Positions 12,165 to 24,680 of a stretch of 64,000 nt of DNA are shown one piece after another (within the stretch, counting starts at the first letter, position 1; every line of letters begins with the position of its first letter). The stretch is from Mobula hypostoma (Eukaryota), in contig NC_086108.1 of assembly GCF_963921235.1 (NCBI RefSeq), positions 95,482,001 to 95,546,000 on the forward strand. The letters run 5' to 3'. The notes below the pieces were generated by a model. The model ran no database searches. It was not told where the DNA came from and saw only the letters and a program-made list of their open reading frames with translations. Both the position numbers and the translations under genes were made by a program.

Positions 12165-13975
12165 TGGGTTTCCTGTTGCAAATGGATCCTTGACTTTCTG
12201 ATCAAGAGACTACAATCAGTAATGATGGGCAGCAACATCTCCACCATGATTATCCTCAACAGAGGGCCTCAAGGCCGAGTCCTCAGCCCCCTACTGCATC
12301 GGTCATGGCTGTGTGCCCCGTTTCTGCTCTAAATCCAACTACATGTTTGCAGATGACATCACCTTGGTGGGCCATATCTCAAGCAATGATGAGTCAGAGC
12401 ACAGGAAGGAGATAGACAGCCTGGTGGCATGGTGTCATGACAACAATCTTTCCCTCGATGTCAGCAAAATAAAAGAGTTGGTCATTGATTGCAGATTGCA
12501 GGCAGCGGTGTTCACACTCCTGTTTACATCAACAGTGCTGAGGTCAAGAGGCATGAGAACTTCAGGTTCCTAGTAGTGAACATATAACCATATAACAATT
12601 ACGGCACAGAAACAGGCCAACTCGGCCCTTCTAGTCTGTGCCGAACTCTTACTCTCACCTAGTCCCACTGACCTGCACTCAGCCCGTAACCCTCCATTTC
12701 TTTCCTGTCCATATATCTATCCAATTTAACTTTAAATGACAACATCGAACCTGCCTCAACCACTTATGCTGGAAGCTCGTTCCACACAGCTACCACTCTC
12801 TGAGTAAAGAAGTTACCCCTCATGTTACCCCTAAACTTTTGCCCTTTAACTCTCAACTCATGTCCTCTTGTTTGAATCTCCTCCACTCTCAATGGAAAAA
12901 GCCTATCCACGTCAACTCTATCTATCCCCCTCATAATTTTAAATATCTCTCTCAAGTCCCCCCTCAACCTTCTACACTCCAGAGAATAAAGACCCAACTT
13001 GTTCAACCTTTCTCTGTAACTTAGGAGATGATGAAACCCAGGTAACATTCTAGTAAATCTTCTCTGTACTCTCTCAATACTCGAAAGCTCTGATTAATGA
13101 AGGCCAGCATACCAAAAGCTTCCTTCACCACCCTATCCACATGAGATTCCACTTTCAGGAAACTATGCACCATTATTCCTAGATCCCTCTGTTCTACATC
13201 ACCAACAGTCTATCCTGGTCTAACCATTCAAAGCCATGGCCAAGAGTGAGCACCAGTACCTCTACTTCCTGAGGAAGTTAAGTAAATTTGTCATATCCCC
13301 TTTCACCCTTACCAATTTTTATAGATGCACCAGAGAAAGCATCCTATCAGGATGCATTACTGCTAAGAACCTGCAGAAACAGAGCTCAGCACATCACGGA
13401 AACCAGCCTCCCTCATGGATTCTGTGTTCACCTCTCACTGCCCCAGTAAAGCAGCCAACATATCCCATGCCACACCCATCCCACACATTCTTTCTTGGCC
13501 CCACACACCCCCTTCGGGCAGAAGGTTCAAAAAGTCTGAAAGCAAGTTCCACGAGGCTCAGGGACAGCTTTTATCCTGCTGTTAGAAAACTACTGAATAG
13601 TTTCCCAGTACGATAAGATGGACTCTAGGCAAACAAACTACCTTTAAGTTTATTTTCATACATATTATTCTTATAAATGTTGAATGTTGTTTTTTGTTAC
13701 ACATTACACCAACATACCACAACAAATTCCTAATGCATGTAAATGTATATGGTGAATAAATTTAATCCTTGATCCTCGTTATGGTCTTGCATCATTCTCT
13801 CTGCTTGCATTGCACCTTCTTTGTACCTGTAACACTTTATTCAGCATTCTTTTATTGTTTTCTCTTGTACTACCTCAATGCACTGATGTGATGAAATGAT
13901 CTGTATGGATGGCATGTAAAACAAAGTTCTTCACTGTATCTGGGTACAAGTGACAATAATAAACTAATTTACCAA
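12165..13975 (+). mobile_element. Rex1/Babar-like LINE RT and 3' end, interrupted by CR1
   Basis: ORF 12313..12573 (FADDITLVGHISSNDESEHRKEIDSLVAWCHDNNLSL) continues in 13236..13616 (LYFLRKL..LTNFYRCTRESILSGCIT). Confidence 0.85.
12583..13197 (-). mobile_element. CR1 3' fragment nested in Rex1-like LINE
   Basis: ORF 12764..13048 is a CR1 C-terminus; (ATGGTTAT)-type tail. Confidence 0.88.
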
Positions 13976-14083
13976 TCCTACAAACAGATGGAGGAGATTT
14001 GGCCAATATTCACTGTAGTTGAGAAAAATGGAAGATTGCTAGATATAGGCTGTGAATGTTTCTCTTGATGAGACAGTCTAGAA

Positions 14084-14162
14084 CAGGGGTTCCCAACATT
14101 TTTTATGCCATGGACCAATACAATTAAGCATGGGGTCCGTAGACTCCAGATTGGGAACCCTG
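14084..14162. mobile_element. hAT (Charlie-like) MITE, 79 bp
   Basis: TIRs CAGGGGTTCCCAA and TTGGGAACCCTG; 8-bp TSD GTCTAGAA / GTATAGAA. Confidence 0.85.
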
Positions 14163-14962
14163 GTATAGAACAAAGGCAGCACAGTTTCAAGATACAGCTT
14201 ACAAATGAGCACAGAGATGATAAAGAATTTCTTCTCCCTCTCAGATGGCTTTGGATGCTGAGTCAGTGGGAATATATAAAGTTGAATACACTGGGTATTG
14301 AATTTAAAGGGAATCAAGCTTAACAGGGATCAGACAGAAAACAGAGTTGAGGCCAAAGTTTAAATAAGCTCTGATCTTATTGAATAGCAGAAAGTCAAAG
14401 TAAAATCTAGGATTTTATGACCACTAAGCTCTTTTTATTTTACATTTTAATATTCTTGTGCAAATGGTTTTCAAAACCAATGCAGGTACAGTACTGGTAG
14501 TTGTTTAGAACTTGGCGAGACAAATGTTGGCTTTGTGAAGTTTTCAGTGTAGATTAAACTGCATAGGAAAAGAGTCAAGTTTATATTTATCCTGGTGTGC
14601 CTGATGTCAGAAACAATTTGGAGGAATCATACGTGTGGATCGTTGACAGAAGCAATTTCTAATTTATTCGGCTCAACACCAGTATCAAATGAGGAAGAAT
14701 AAAATGATGAAAGAAACAAGCAAGTAAATGCTTGTAGATAAGCAGAAATACAGGGAAACAGATGTTGGTGGCTACAACAGAAATTTCCCCCTCTGGTTTT
14801 CAAAGTTTAAAATTAAGAACTGTTTCAGAAACTAGTCATCATCGCAAATTTATGTATAATTCAATGACTAAAATGACCAAAGCAGTGATTTTTTATTTAC
14901 ATAATATGCAACTTCAAACTATTATTTTTGTTTTCAAATACTGGTTTTAGACCTTATCATCT

Positions 14963-15110
14963 TTAATCATTATCATGGCATTTGAAAATGTTCTTCAAGT
15001 TCTCGAGTTCTTCAATCTGGATATGAAATTCTTTCAGAATAGCAGATACAAAGAGTTCTGAGGGCAGCCTCTGCAGGGACTCCCGAAGTTGTGAAATCTT
15101 CACAGCCAGT
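14963..15110 (-). CDS. Putative terminal coding exon of an unidentified host gene (LAVKISQLRESLQRLPSELFVSAILKEFHIQIEELENLKNIFKCHDND*)
   Basis: Acceptor ctgttttgctgcag at 15111; 1 nt plus 48 codons plus TAA; amphipathic helical peptide; AATAAA on minus strand at 14892-14897; non-repeat sequence. Confidence 0.6.
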
Positions 15111-16071
15111 CTGCAGCAAAACAGAATTTCAGAATGCCAGGATTAAAAAAGAACAACCGATATGAATTTACATTCATGCAGGCTCTTAAACATACTTTCT
15201 GTGCATAATTTTTTAAATCAATTTTTATACATCTGCTAGAAAAGATATGAGAAGGTGAAGATTCTCATCTGTTGAAGAGTAATATATAACAGCCAACAAC
15301 AAAAACAAAATAGATGAATTTGAAGCAGCATATAGAGCAATCTCAATTTACAGAGTTATTTTACACATTATATTTAATATACACTTAGTGATCACTCTTT
15401 CTAGTGCCATGTAGGACCATGTTGCTGTAGCCACTTCAACATTCAACATTTTGTCTGTCAGAGATGCCCCTCTGCATAGCACTCTGTAATAAGTGGCTAC
15501 TTAAGTTACTGTCACCTTCCTGTCAGCTTGAAACGGTCTGGCAATTCTTCTCTGACCTCACTCATTAACAAGGCATTTTCACCCACAGAACTGCCGCTCA
15601 CTGGATGCTTTTTTATTTGTTGTGCGTGGAAGTCCCAGAAGATCAGGAGTGGTCTTCCACCCTGTCTGGCACTAACAATCTGTTCCATGGTCAGTCACTT
15701 AGATCACATTTCTTCCCTTTATGTACTGATATTTGGTCTGAACAACAGCCCAGCACAAGTGCAATTATGAAGAAAGCACATCAGCGCCTCTACGTCCTTA
15801 GGAGCTTGCGAAGGTTCGGCAAGACATCATAAGCTTTGACAAACTTCTATAGGTATGTGGTGGAGAATATGTTAACTGGCTGCACCACAGCCTTGTATGG
15901 AAACACCAATGCTATTGAATGGAAAACCCTACAAAAAGTAGTGGATACGGCCCAGTCCATCATGGGTAAAGCTCTCCTCACCATTGAGTGCATCTACATG
16001 GAGCGTTGTTATAAGAAAACAGCATCCATCATCAGGGACCCCCAACACACAGGTCGTGCTCTCTTCTCACT

Positions 16072-16890
16072 TATGAAATACAATGTTGGAAAATTCATGG
16101 TCATGCACTTTGGTAGTAAAAATAAATGTGTGGACTATTTTTTAAATGGGGAGAAAATCCAGGAATCAGAGATGCTGAGGGACTTGAAACCCTGAGGGTT
16201 TACTTGCAGGATGAGTTGGCGGTGAGGAAGGCAAATGCCATGATAGCATTCATTTCAAGAGGTCTAGAATACAAGAGCAAGGATGTGATGCTGAGGCTTT
16301 ATAAGGCACTGGTGAGGCCTCACCTTGAGTATTGTGAACAGTTTCGGGCCCCTCACCTTAGAAAAGATGTGTTGCCATTGGAGAGGGTCCAGAGGAGGTT
16401 CATAAGGATGATTCCAGGAATGAAAGGGTTATCATACAAGAAACGCTTGATGGCTCTGGGTCTGTACTTGCTGGAATTCAGAAGGATGGGGGGGGGGGGA
16501 TCTCATTGAAACCTTTCGAATGTTGAAAGGTCTAGACAGGGTAGATGTGGAAAGGAGGTTTCCCACGATGGGAGGGTCTAGGACAAGAGGGCACAGCCTC
16601 AGGATAGAGGGGCGCCCTTTCAAAACAGAGGTGCAAAGAAATTTCTTTAGCCAAAGGGTGGTGAATTTGTGGAATTTGTTGCCATATGCAGCTGTGGAGG
16701 CCAGATTGTTGGGTGTATTTAAGGCAGAGATTGATAGGTTCTTGATTGGACATGGCATCAAAGGTTATGGGCAGAAGGCCGGGAACTGGGGTTGAGGAGG
16801 AGATAAAAAAAAAAGGATCAGCCATGATTGAATGGTGGAGCAGTCTTGATGGGCCAGATGGCCTAATTCTGCTCCTATGTCTTATGGTCT
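16072..16890 (+). mobile_element. CR1 3' fragment
   Basis: ORFs 16126..16509 and 16520..16795; CTATGTCTTATGGTCTT tail. Confidence 0.9.
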
Positions 16891-17050
16891 TGTGTCATCA
16901 GGAAGAAAGCACAGGAACGTCAGGACTCACACCATCAAGTTCAAGAACAGTTATTTTCCCTCAACCATCAGGCTCTTGAACCAAAGGGGATAACTTCACT
17001 TTCCTCATCACTGAAATGCTCCCACACCCATGGACTCATTTTCAAGGACT

Positions 17051-17753
17051 GTTCTTGTATATCAGTCACTGAAAGCAAGCATGCAAGTACAGCAGGCTGT
17101 GAAAAAAGCTAATGGCATGCTGGCCTTCATAACAAGGGGAATTGAGTATAAGAGCAAAGAGGTCCTTCTGCAGCTGTACAGGGCCCTGGTGAGACCACAC
17201 CTGGAGTACTGTGTGCAGTTTTGGTCTCCAAATTTGAGGAAGGACATTCTTGCTATTGAGGGAGTGCAGCATAGGTTCACAAGGTTAATTCCCGGGATGG
17301 CGGGACCGTCATATGTCGAAAGATTGGAGCGACTGGGCTTGTATAGTCTGGAATTTAGAAGGCTGAGAGGGGATCTTATTGAAACATATAAGATTATTAA
17401 GGGATTGGACACGCTGCAGGCAGGAAGCATGTTCCCGCTGATGGGTGAGTCCAGAACCAGAGGCCACAGTTTAAGAATTAGGGGTAGGCCATTTAGAACA
17501 GAGTTGAGGAAAAACCTTTTCACCCAGAGAGCGGTGGATATATGGAATGCTCTGTCCCAGAAGGCTGTGGAGGCCAAGTCTCTGGATGCTTTCAAGAAAG
17601 AGATGGATAGAGCTCTTAAAGATAGCGGAATCAAAGGTTATGGGGATAAGGCAGGAACTAGATACTGATAGTGGATGATCAGCCATGATCACAGTGAATG
17701 GCGGTGCTGGCTCGAAGGGCCGAATGGCCAACTCCTGCACCTATTGTCCATTG
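17051..17753 (+). mobile_element. Young CR1 3' fragment
   Basis: Uninterrupted ORF2 C-terminus in 17030..17668; CTATTGT tail; GACT repeated at both junctions. Confidence 0.93.
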
Positions 17754-19099
17754 ACTCTTCATATCATATTCTCAATATTTATTGCTTATTTATTTAATTT
17801 TGTATTTGCATAGTTTTATACACTGACTGCACGCCCCGTTGCTGCAGTCTTTCAATGGTTCAATTATGGTTACTGGGTTTATTCAGTACGCCCACAAGAA
17901 AATGAATCTCAGGGTTGCATATGGTGACATATATGTACTTCGATAATAAATTTACTCTGACTTGAACGTAGAACTTCTTGACCATGCTTTTATACATTGA
18001 TTTGCTGCCCCATGATTGGCTGATTAGATACTTGCTTTAATCAGCAGGTGCAGGTGACCCTTATAAAGTGGCCACTGTGTGTATATTCAGAATGTTTTAC
18101 AGCATATTACTGCCAGGAACTGGATTTGACGTTTTGCTATGTTTTTGAAAATCAGTGGTTTACACTGCAATTATGATGCCTTTGTACTACATTCAGGAAA
18201 CACCACAGTGAAACATCCCACAGTGCTTCATGGGAATGTTCTTAAATTTAACTTCAACACAGCCATTTAAGAAGATGGGAGACTAAAAGCTTGGTTGAAG
18301 ACAGAGGGTTTAATAAGCAGGGTTAAAGATGCAAAGGCATTGCCATGGTGCCAGTTGTCCAGTTTTGAGTTTAAATTTTAGTTTTTGCTTTTTGTGTTAG
18401 AGGTGACAGAATAACTCATGTCCTCAGTATCATTTATTCTTCTATTTGCATAATTTGTCTTCTTTTGCACACTGGTTTTTTGTCAGTCTCTATCTATAGA
18501 GTTATAGAACACTATAGGACAGCAACACACTCTTTGGCCCATCTAGTCCATACCAAACTATTATTCTGTCTAATCCCATAGACCTGCACCCAATCCATGA
18601 CCCTACATGCTCCTCCCATCCATATACCTATCTAACTTTCTCTTAAGTGTTGAAATCAAACCCCTAATCACCATTTTTGCTAGCAGCTCGCTCCAGTCTC
18701 TCACCACCCTCTGAAGGAAGAATTTTCCCCTCAAATATTTCACTTTTCACCCTTAACCTATGACCTCCAGTTCCAGGTTATGTACAGTTATGCATAATTT
18801 TTTCATAAATTGTATTATGGTTCTATATTTCTAGGTAGTATATGGTGACATGTAGAGTACATACTTCGATAATAAATTTACTTTGAATTTTTGGAACTTT
18901 GAACTTGAATGCATCAGTGATTTGAAGGATACTGCAGAATTTGATTGTATCATAAACATACTTCAGTGAGCTTCATCTGCAGAAATCTTGAGTCTCAAAC
19001 ATTCAGGCTTGCAAGATGTTAAGTTAAGCACTATTTACCGGACAGAACTAATATCTGAAATTGTCTGCAACATATGGGTAATGTAAATTTTCCATCTAC

Positions 19100-19158
19100 C
19101 TGCAACTTTCTGTAAACAAGCTGCTGAGGGTTGTATAAACAGACATAAACACACACCT
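19100..19158 (-). CDS. Putative penultimate coding exon of the same host gene (RCVFMSVYTTLSSLFTESC-R)
   Basis: Polypyrimidine acceptor ttccctttctgttctttctttattaaag; donor CAG|GTAGAT; 59 nt ending in phase 2, matching the phase of the 15110 exon. Confidence 0.5.
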
Positions 19159-20132
19159 CTTTAATAAAGAAAGAACAGAAAGGGAATTGAGGGAAGTAAT
19201 GTAGATTCAACACCGCACTTCTGGCACAATCTGAAGATTCATCATACTTCAAACAAAATATATTTATTAGAGCAAGCAGAGGGATTTACAACTAAAGATT
19301 ATGCTTTGCAGACTAAGATTAATTTGCTTTCTTAGAGAAACCCTGAACAGGATTTTTCTGTAATGATTGTGCCAAAACTATGCATACACAATTTCCAGAC
19401 TTGCTCCTCCCAAATTAATAAAGATTCAGATAACAATTTAGAATTTTCTACTTATACAATACTATATATACACACTGTATAGGTTTTCTTTGTTTCCTTG
19501 AAGTGATAATTACCTGATATTAACAGAACTGAAATCAGTTCACAGTTGTTAACAAATAGTGTAAGTAAACGGAATGATTTATTATAAGAAAGGAATGAAT
19601 TTGTCACTGAAGGCTTTTTAAATAAGCCTAACATAGCAATTAGGAAATTTAAAAACTGAATCTGGGAACAAAACTTAGTAACTGTGGCCACACGATTATC
19701 AGATTGATATAAAATCTACTGTGTCTTCAAGTAATTGTGAATACCTACAGTATGGTTTATGTCCAATTCCCAAATTCTCTTTGCAAAAATCCAGCAGACC
19801 AGCACTTAATGCAAGAGTAGTAACACCAGGTTAACAAACAACAGGTTACACAATAATGTCTATATCCTATAATAAACAGGCAGGCAGTAAAACCAGCATG
19901 AGGTAAGTAAATACAAAGCTATATTAATGAGCTGAAGTTTCTCAATCACATACTGAAACATTTGAAGATTAAGTTTACGCAGATTGAATGGTATTCAAAG
20001 CCGGTCACAAAATATGTCAATAACAAATAAAAGAGAATCTCAATGTAATACAAAGTTACAAAAGAGGAATTGTTTTGATTTTTTAAAATTGTTTATTTTT
20101 AATTTCCCAAAAATTTATATTTAAGATAGTTG

Positions 20133-21975
20133 CTGCCATCAAGAAAGAGATACAGGAGCCTCAGGTCCCACACCACCATGTTCAAGAACAGCTACTACCC
20201 CTGAAACATCAGGCTCTTGAACCAGTGGAGATTAACTTCAATTTCACTTGCCCCATCACTGAACAGGTTCTATAACCTATAGACTCACTTTCAAGGACTC
20301 TACAACTCATGTTCTTGATGTTTATTTATCTATTAAAAGGAGGGAGAGAGAAACCGGGGAATTATAGACCGGTTAGCCTAACGTCGGTGGTGGGGAAACT
20401 GCTGGAGTCAGTTATCAAGGATGTGATAACAGCACATTTGGAAAGCGGTGAAATGATCGGACAAAGTCAGCATGGATTTGTGAAAGGAAAATCATGTCTG
20501 ACGAATCTCATAGAATTTTTTGAGAATGTAACTAGTAGAGTGGATAGGGGAGAACCAGTGGATGTGGTATATTTGGATTTTCAAAAGGCTTTTGACAAGG
20601 TCCCACACAGGAGATTAGTGTGCAAACTTAAAGCACACGGTATTGGGGGTAAGGTATTGGTGTGGGTGGAGAATTGGTTAGCAGACAGGAAGCAAAGAGT
20701 GGGAATAAACGGGACCTTTTCAGAATGGCAGGCGGTGACTAGTGGGGTACCGCAAGGCTCAGCGCTGGGACCCCAGTTGTTTACAATATATATTAATGAC
20801 TTGGATGAGGGAATTAAATGCAGCATCTCCAAGTTTGCGGATGACACGAAGCTGGGTGGCAGTGTTAGCAGTGAGGAGGATGCTAAGAGGATGCAGGGTG
20901 ACTTGGATAGGTTGGGTGAGTGGGCAAACTCATGGCAGATGCAATTTAATGTGGATAAATGTGAAGTTATCCACTTTGGTGGCAAAAATAGGAAAACAGA
21001 TTATTATCTGAATGGTGGCCGATTAGGAAAAGGGGAGGTGGAACGAGACCTGGGTGTCATTATACACCAGTCATTGAAAGTAGGCATGCAGGTACAGCAG
21101 GCGGTGAAAAAGGCGAATGGTATGCTGGCATTTATAGCGAGAGGATTCGAGTACAGGAGCAGGGAGGTACTACTGCAGTTGTACAAGGCCTTGGTGAGAC
21201 CACACCTGGAGTATTGTGTGCAGTTTTGGTCCCCTAATCTGAGGAAGGACATATTTGCCATAGAGGGAGTACAAAGAAGGTTCACCAGATTGATTCCTGG
21301 GATGGCAGGACTTTCATATGAAGAAAGACTGGATGTACTGGGCTTGTACTCGTTGGAATTTAGAAGATTGAGGGGGGATCTGATTGAAACGTATAAGATC
21401 CTAAAGGGATTGGACAAGCTAGATGCAGGAAGATTGTTCCCGATGTTGGGGAAGTCCAGAACGAGGGGTCACAGTTTGAGGATAGAGGGGAAGCCTTTTA
21501 GGACCGAGATTAGGAAAAACTTCTTCACACAGAGAGTGGTGAATCTGTGGAATTCTCTGCCACAGGAAACTGTTGAGGCCAGTTCATTGGCTATGTTTAA
21601 GAGGGAGTTAGATATGGCCCTTGTGGCTACAGGGGTCAGGGGGTATGGAGGGAAGGCTGGGGCGGGGTTCTGAGTTGGATGATCAGCCATGATCATAATA
21701 AATGGCGGTGCAGGCTCGAAGGGCCGAATGGCCTACTCCTGCACCTATTTTCTATGTTTCTATGTTTCTATTATTATTATTTTTGTTTTTTCCCTTTTTG
21801 TATTTGCAGAGTCTGTTGTCTTTTATGTATTAATTATTTGCCTGTCTTTGCTGATTGATTCATTGATTCTACTGTTTTTCTTTGTAATTATTGTGAATGC
21901 CCGCAGGAAAATGAATCTCAGGGTTGTATATGATGATATATATGTACTTTGATAATAAATTTACTTTGAGCTTCG
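20133..21975 (+). mobile_element. Rex1/Babar-like LINE tail interrupted by a young CR1
   Basis: Homologous to 16891-17050 plus 17754-17967; resumes after 21770. Confidence 0.75.
20335..21770 (+). mobile_element. Very young 5'-truncated CR1 with intact RT-to-stop reading frame
   Basis: ORF 20309..21673 (PGNYRPVSLTS..DFQKAFDKV..FADDTK); (TTTCTATG)n tail; near-identical to the 31851-33275 copy. Confidence 0.96.
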
Positions 21976-22367
21976 ATGATTGAATGTGCAAAAATAAATT
22001 TTGTTTGTCAGAACTTGGGATGGATTCCATGCCCATCAAAATTAGATGTAAATTATATTACCTTTTACTGCACCAATTGCTCCAAGCTGTTTGTACGTGT
22101 TTTATGCAGACAGATTGTCCTGAAGTATGTGTAGGTAACATAGTGCAATCTGCTGAGTTTTACATTTACAGAAAGAACATCATAAGATCGGCAGGTTCTC
22201 ATGTGAGTAGGTGTTGACTGGACCTTGCTGGCTGGGCTGGTGGTTCTGAATGGACTTCACACACACACACACACACACTACCATAGAAGACACATACTCA
22301 ACACCTTCCTCCCCTCTGCCATCAGGTTTTTGAACAATTTATAAACCAAGCCAAAACTGCTCCCTCA

Positions 22368-22496
22368 CTAAATCCCTTACTCACTCTTCCTTCAGTTAGT
22401 CCTGATGAAGGGTCTCGGCCTGAAACGTCGACTGCACCTCTTCCTAGAGATGCTGCCTGGCCTGCTGTGTTCACCAGCAACTTTTATGTGTGTTGC
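22368..22496 (+). mobile_element. Penelope terminal fragment
   Basis: Near-identical to the reverse complement of 55155-55282. Confidence 0.85.
22398..22433 (+). ncRNA. Minimal type I hammerhead ribozyme
   Basis: AGUC-CUGAUGA-A-GGGUCUCGGCCU-GAAAC-GUC-GACU. Confidence 0.75.
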
Positions 22497-23009
22497 CTCA
22501 CTATCATTGCTCTGTTCTTGCACAACTTATTTAATTTATTTATTTAAAATATATTTCTTCTTGTAATTTATAGGGTTTTTATGTATTGCACCTTATTGCT
22601 GGTGTAAATGACACATTTCATGACATTTGTTAGTGATATTAAACCTGATTCTGATTCAGATTTCAGCCTTTCAGACCAGAGTTTCAGGCTCATACACACA
22701 CTGAGTCTAGGATTTGCTGATAAATTTGAGGGAACAAATCTAACAATTTGTTCCAACTACTGAACCCTTCCTCTCCTGAGTTCCTCCTCCAGAGTCCAAA
22801 GGAGAACCCAGTGGAAAAACATCTCTCCAATCTGGTGCAGGACCTGAGATTCCGTTGATTTTAATTGGATTTGAGAAATGCAAGTAGGACTCAAAGGTTA
22901 ACTTCCTTGAAATTATTTTGCTCTATTTTAATATGTTGATTATTTTTTGTTGTTTTGATTTCAATTACTTTACGTATTTTTTAAAGAAATTACGTCAATT
23001 TTAATAGGT

Positions 23010-23296
23010 TTATTTATTTATATTTATTGAGATACAACAGGCCTTTCCGGCCTGTTAAGCCATGCTGCCCAGCAACCCCCAACTTAATTCTAGCCTAATC
23101 ATGAGGCAATTTTTTACAATGAGCAATTAACCTACCAACCGATACTTCATTGGGGAAGGAAACTGGAGCACCTGGAGGAAACCTACGCTGTCACGGGGAG
23201 AACGTATACACCCCTTACAGGCAGTGGCGGGAATTAAACCCGGGTCACTGGTACTGTAGAGTGTTGTGCTAACCACTACATTATCGTGCCACCCCA
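23010..23296 (-). mobile_element. tRNA-derived V-SINE-like SINE
   Basis: Reverse-strand homologue of 28274-28550; (AATA)n tail. Confidence 0.75.
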
Positions 23297-23382
23297 ATGC
23301 TTCTGAAAGACAGAGATGTGCTTAAATCAGTTAAATTCAATACCCGATCTCGACAGAAGACAAACACCATCCTTGGCTGTAT

Positions 23383-23960
23383 CATAAGACCATAAGACTA
23401 TAAGATATAGGAACAGAATTAGGCCATTTGATCCATCAAGTCTACTACACCATTCCATCATGGCTAATCCAATTTTCCTCTCAGCCTCAATGTCCTGCCT
23501 TCTCCCCATAGCCCTTCATGCCCTATCCAATCAAGAATCTATCAACTTCTGCCTTAAATGCACATACAGATTTGGCCTCCACAGCTGCCTGTGACAAGGA
23601 ATTCCATACATTCACCACTCTCTGGCTAAAGAAATTCCTCTTTATCCCCATTCTAAAAGGACACTTCTCTTTTCTGAGGCTGTGTCCTCTGGTTTTAGAC
23701 TCTCCCACCATAGGAAATATCCTCTCCACATCCATTCTACCAAGGCCTTTCACCATTCGATAGTTTCAATGAGGTCAGCCCTCATTCTTCTGAATTCCAG
23801 AGAACACAGTCCCAGAGCCATCAAATGCTCTTCTTATGACAAGCCATTCAATCCTGGAATCATTTTCGTGAATCTCCTTTGAACCCCCTCCAGTTTCAGC
23901 ACATCCTTTCTAAGATAAGGGGCCCAAAACTCCTCACAATACAGTGCTTTATGAACTCTC
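23383..23960 (-). mobile_element. CR1 3' fragment
   Basis: ORF 23523..23756; (TCTTATGG)n tail. Confidence 0.9.
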
Positions 23961-24457
23961 AACATTACATCCTTGTTAAAGTCCCACTTGTGTATCTGGA
24001 GTCTTCAGAGACAAGGCCTCTGAACAACACAATCCAAAGCCTTGATAAATGCTTGGACATAGCTTTCTGACTTGAGAGCATAGAATTCCAGGCGGTTGGT
24101 TCTCCCTGTCCAGTCCAGGGCAGGCACAGAGAGTTCACAGAATGGTGATTCACACCTTGTGAGATACCAAAAATAGCAGGAATGTTTTAAGTAAAGCATT
24201 TTAGGCATATCCAAGATTTCTTTCTGCTTTCATTTTGAAAGGAAAAACAGATAGCTTTTTAAAATCTAATAATGGCACTTAAAAAGAGCTTTTAAAAATT
24301 AGAAATCACCAGATGAAAAAAAATAAGAGAAGATCTGCAGATGCTGGAAATCCAAGCAAATAAAATTTAGGTATACTTCTATATGAATTTTATCTCCATT
24401 GAGCTACAATGCTTCAGTAAGAAGCTTAATGATAATATAATAGCTAAAATGCTACAT

Positions 24458-24673
24458 AGGGACTGGTATTATAGAAGCATCTGCACTAGACTTCGAGGCA
24501 GATAGTCCTGAGTTTGAATCCGACTGGGATTCCCAACCCAGGCGGCGGTATCTGTGCAGAAGAAAGGCCTGGCAATCTACTTCCGTATCTTGCCATGAAA
24601 ACCATACGGACAACTGCACTATCCATAGGGTCACCATGAGTCAACAATGACTCGACGCTACTCAGCGACAACA
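24458..24673 (+). mobile_element. SINE with tRNA-like head and RTE-type tail
   Basis: B-box-like GAGTTTGAATCC; tail GGGTCACCATGAGTC..GACTCGAC..ACAACAA typical of RTE-mobilised SINEs. Confidence 0.6.
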
Positions 24674-24680
24674 AAATGCT

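Larger units (their letters stand above)
15747..17967 (+). mobile_element. Rex1/Babar-like LINE 3' part, split by two CR1s
   Basis: KKAHQRLYVLRSLRRFG, LTNFYRYVVENMLTGC..RDPQHTGRALFSL; resumes at ~16891 and ~17754. Confidence 0.85.
15382..18081 (-). mobile_element. Non-autonomous Tc1 (same family as 727-1797) split by nested LINEs
   Basis: Degenerate TIRs TA-CACTTAGTGATCACT and AAAGTGGCCACTGTGTG-TA; body breaks at ~15746 and resumes at ~17968. Confidence 0.8.

Noticed and set aside
19514..19627. Minus-strand AG..GT cassette with an open frame
   Set aside because: Ends in phase 1, incompatible with the 19158 exon; very AT-rich
20309..20334. ATG start making a 454-aa RT gene
   Set aside because: The ATG comes from the flanking Rex1-like UTR fused by chance to a truncated CR1; the same applies to 17030
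22258..22278. (CA)n microsatellite
   Set aside because: Ordinary simple repeat
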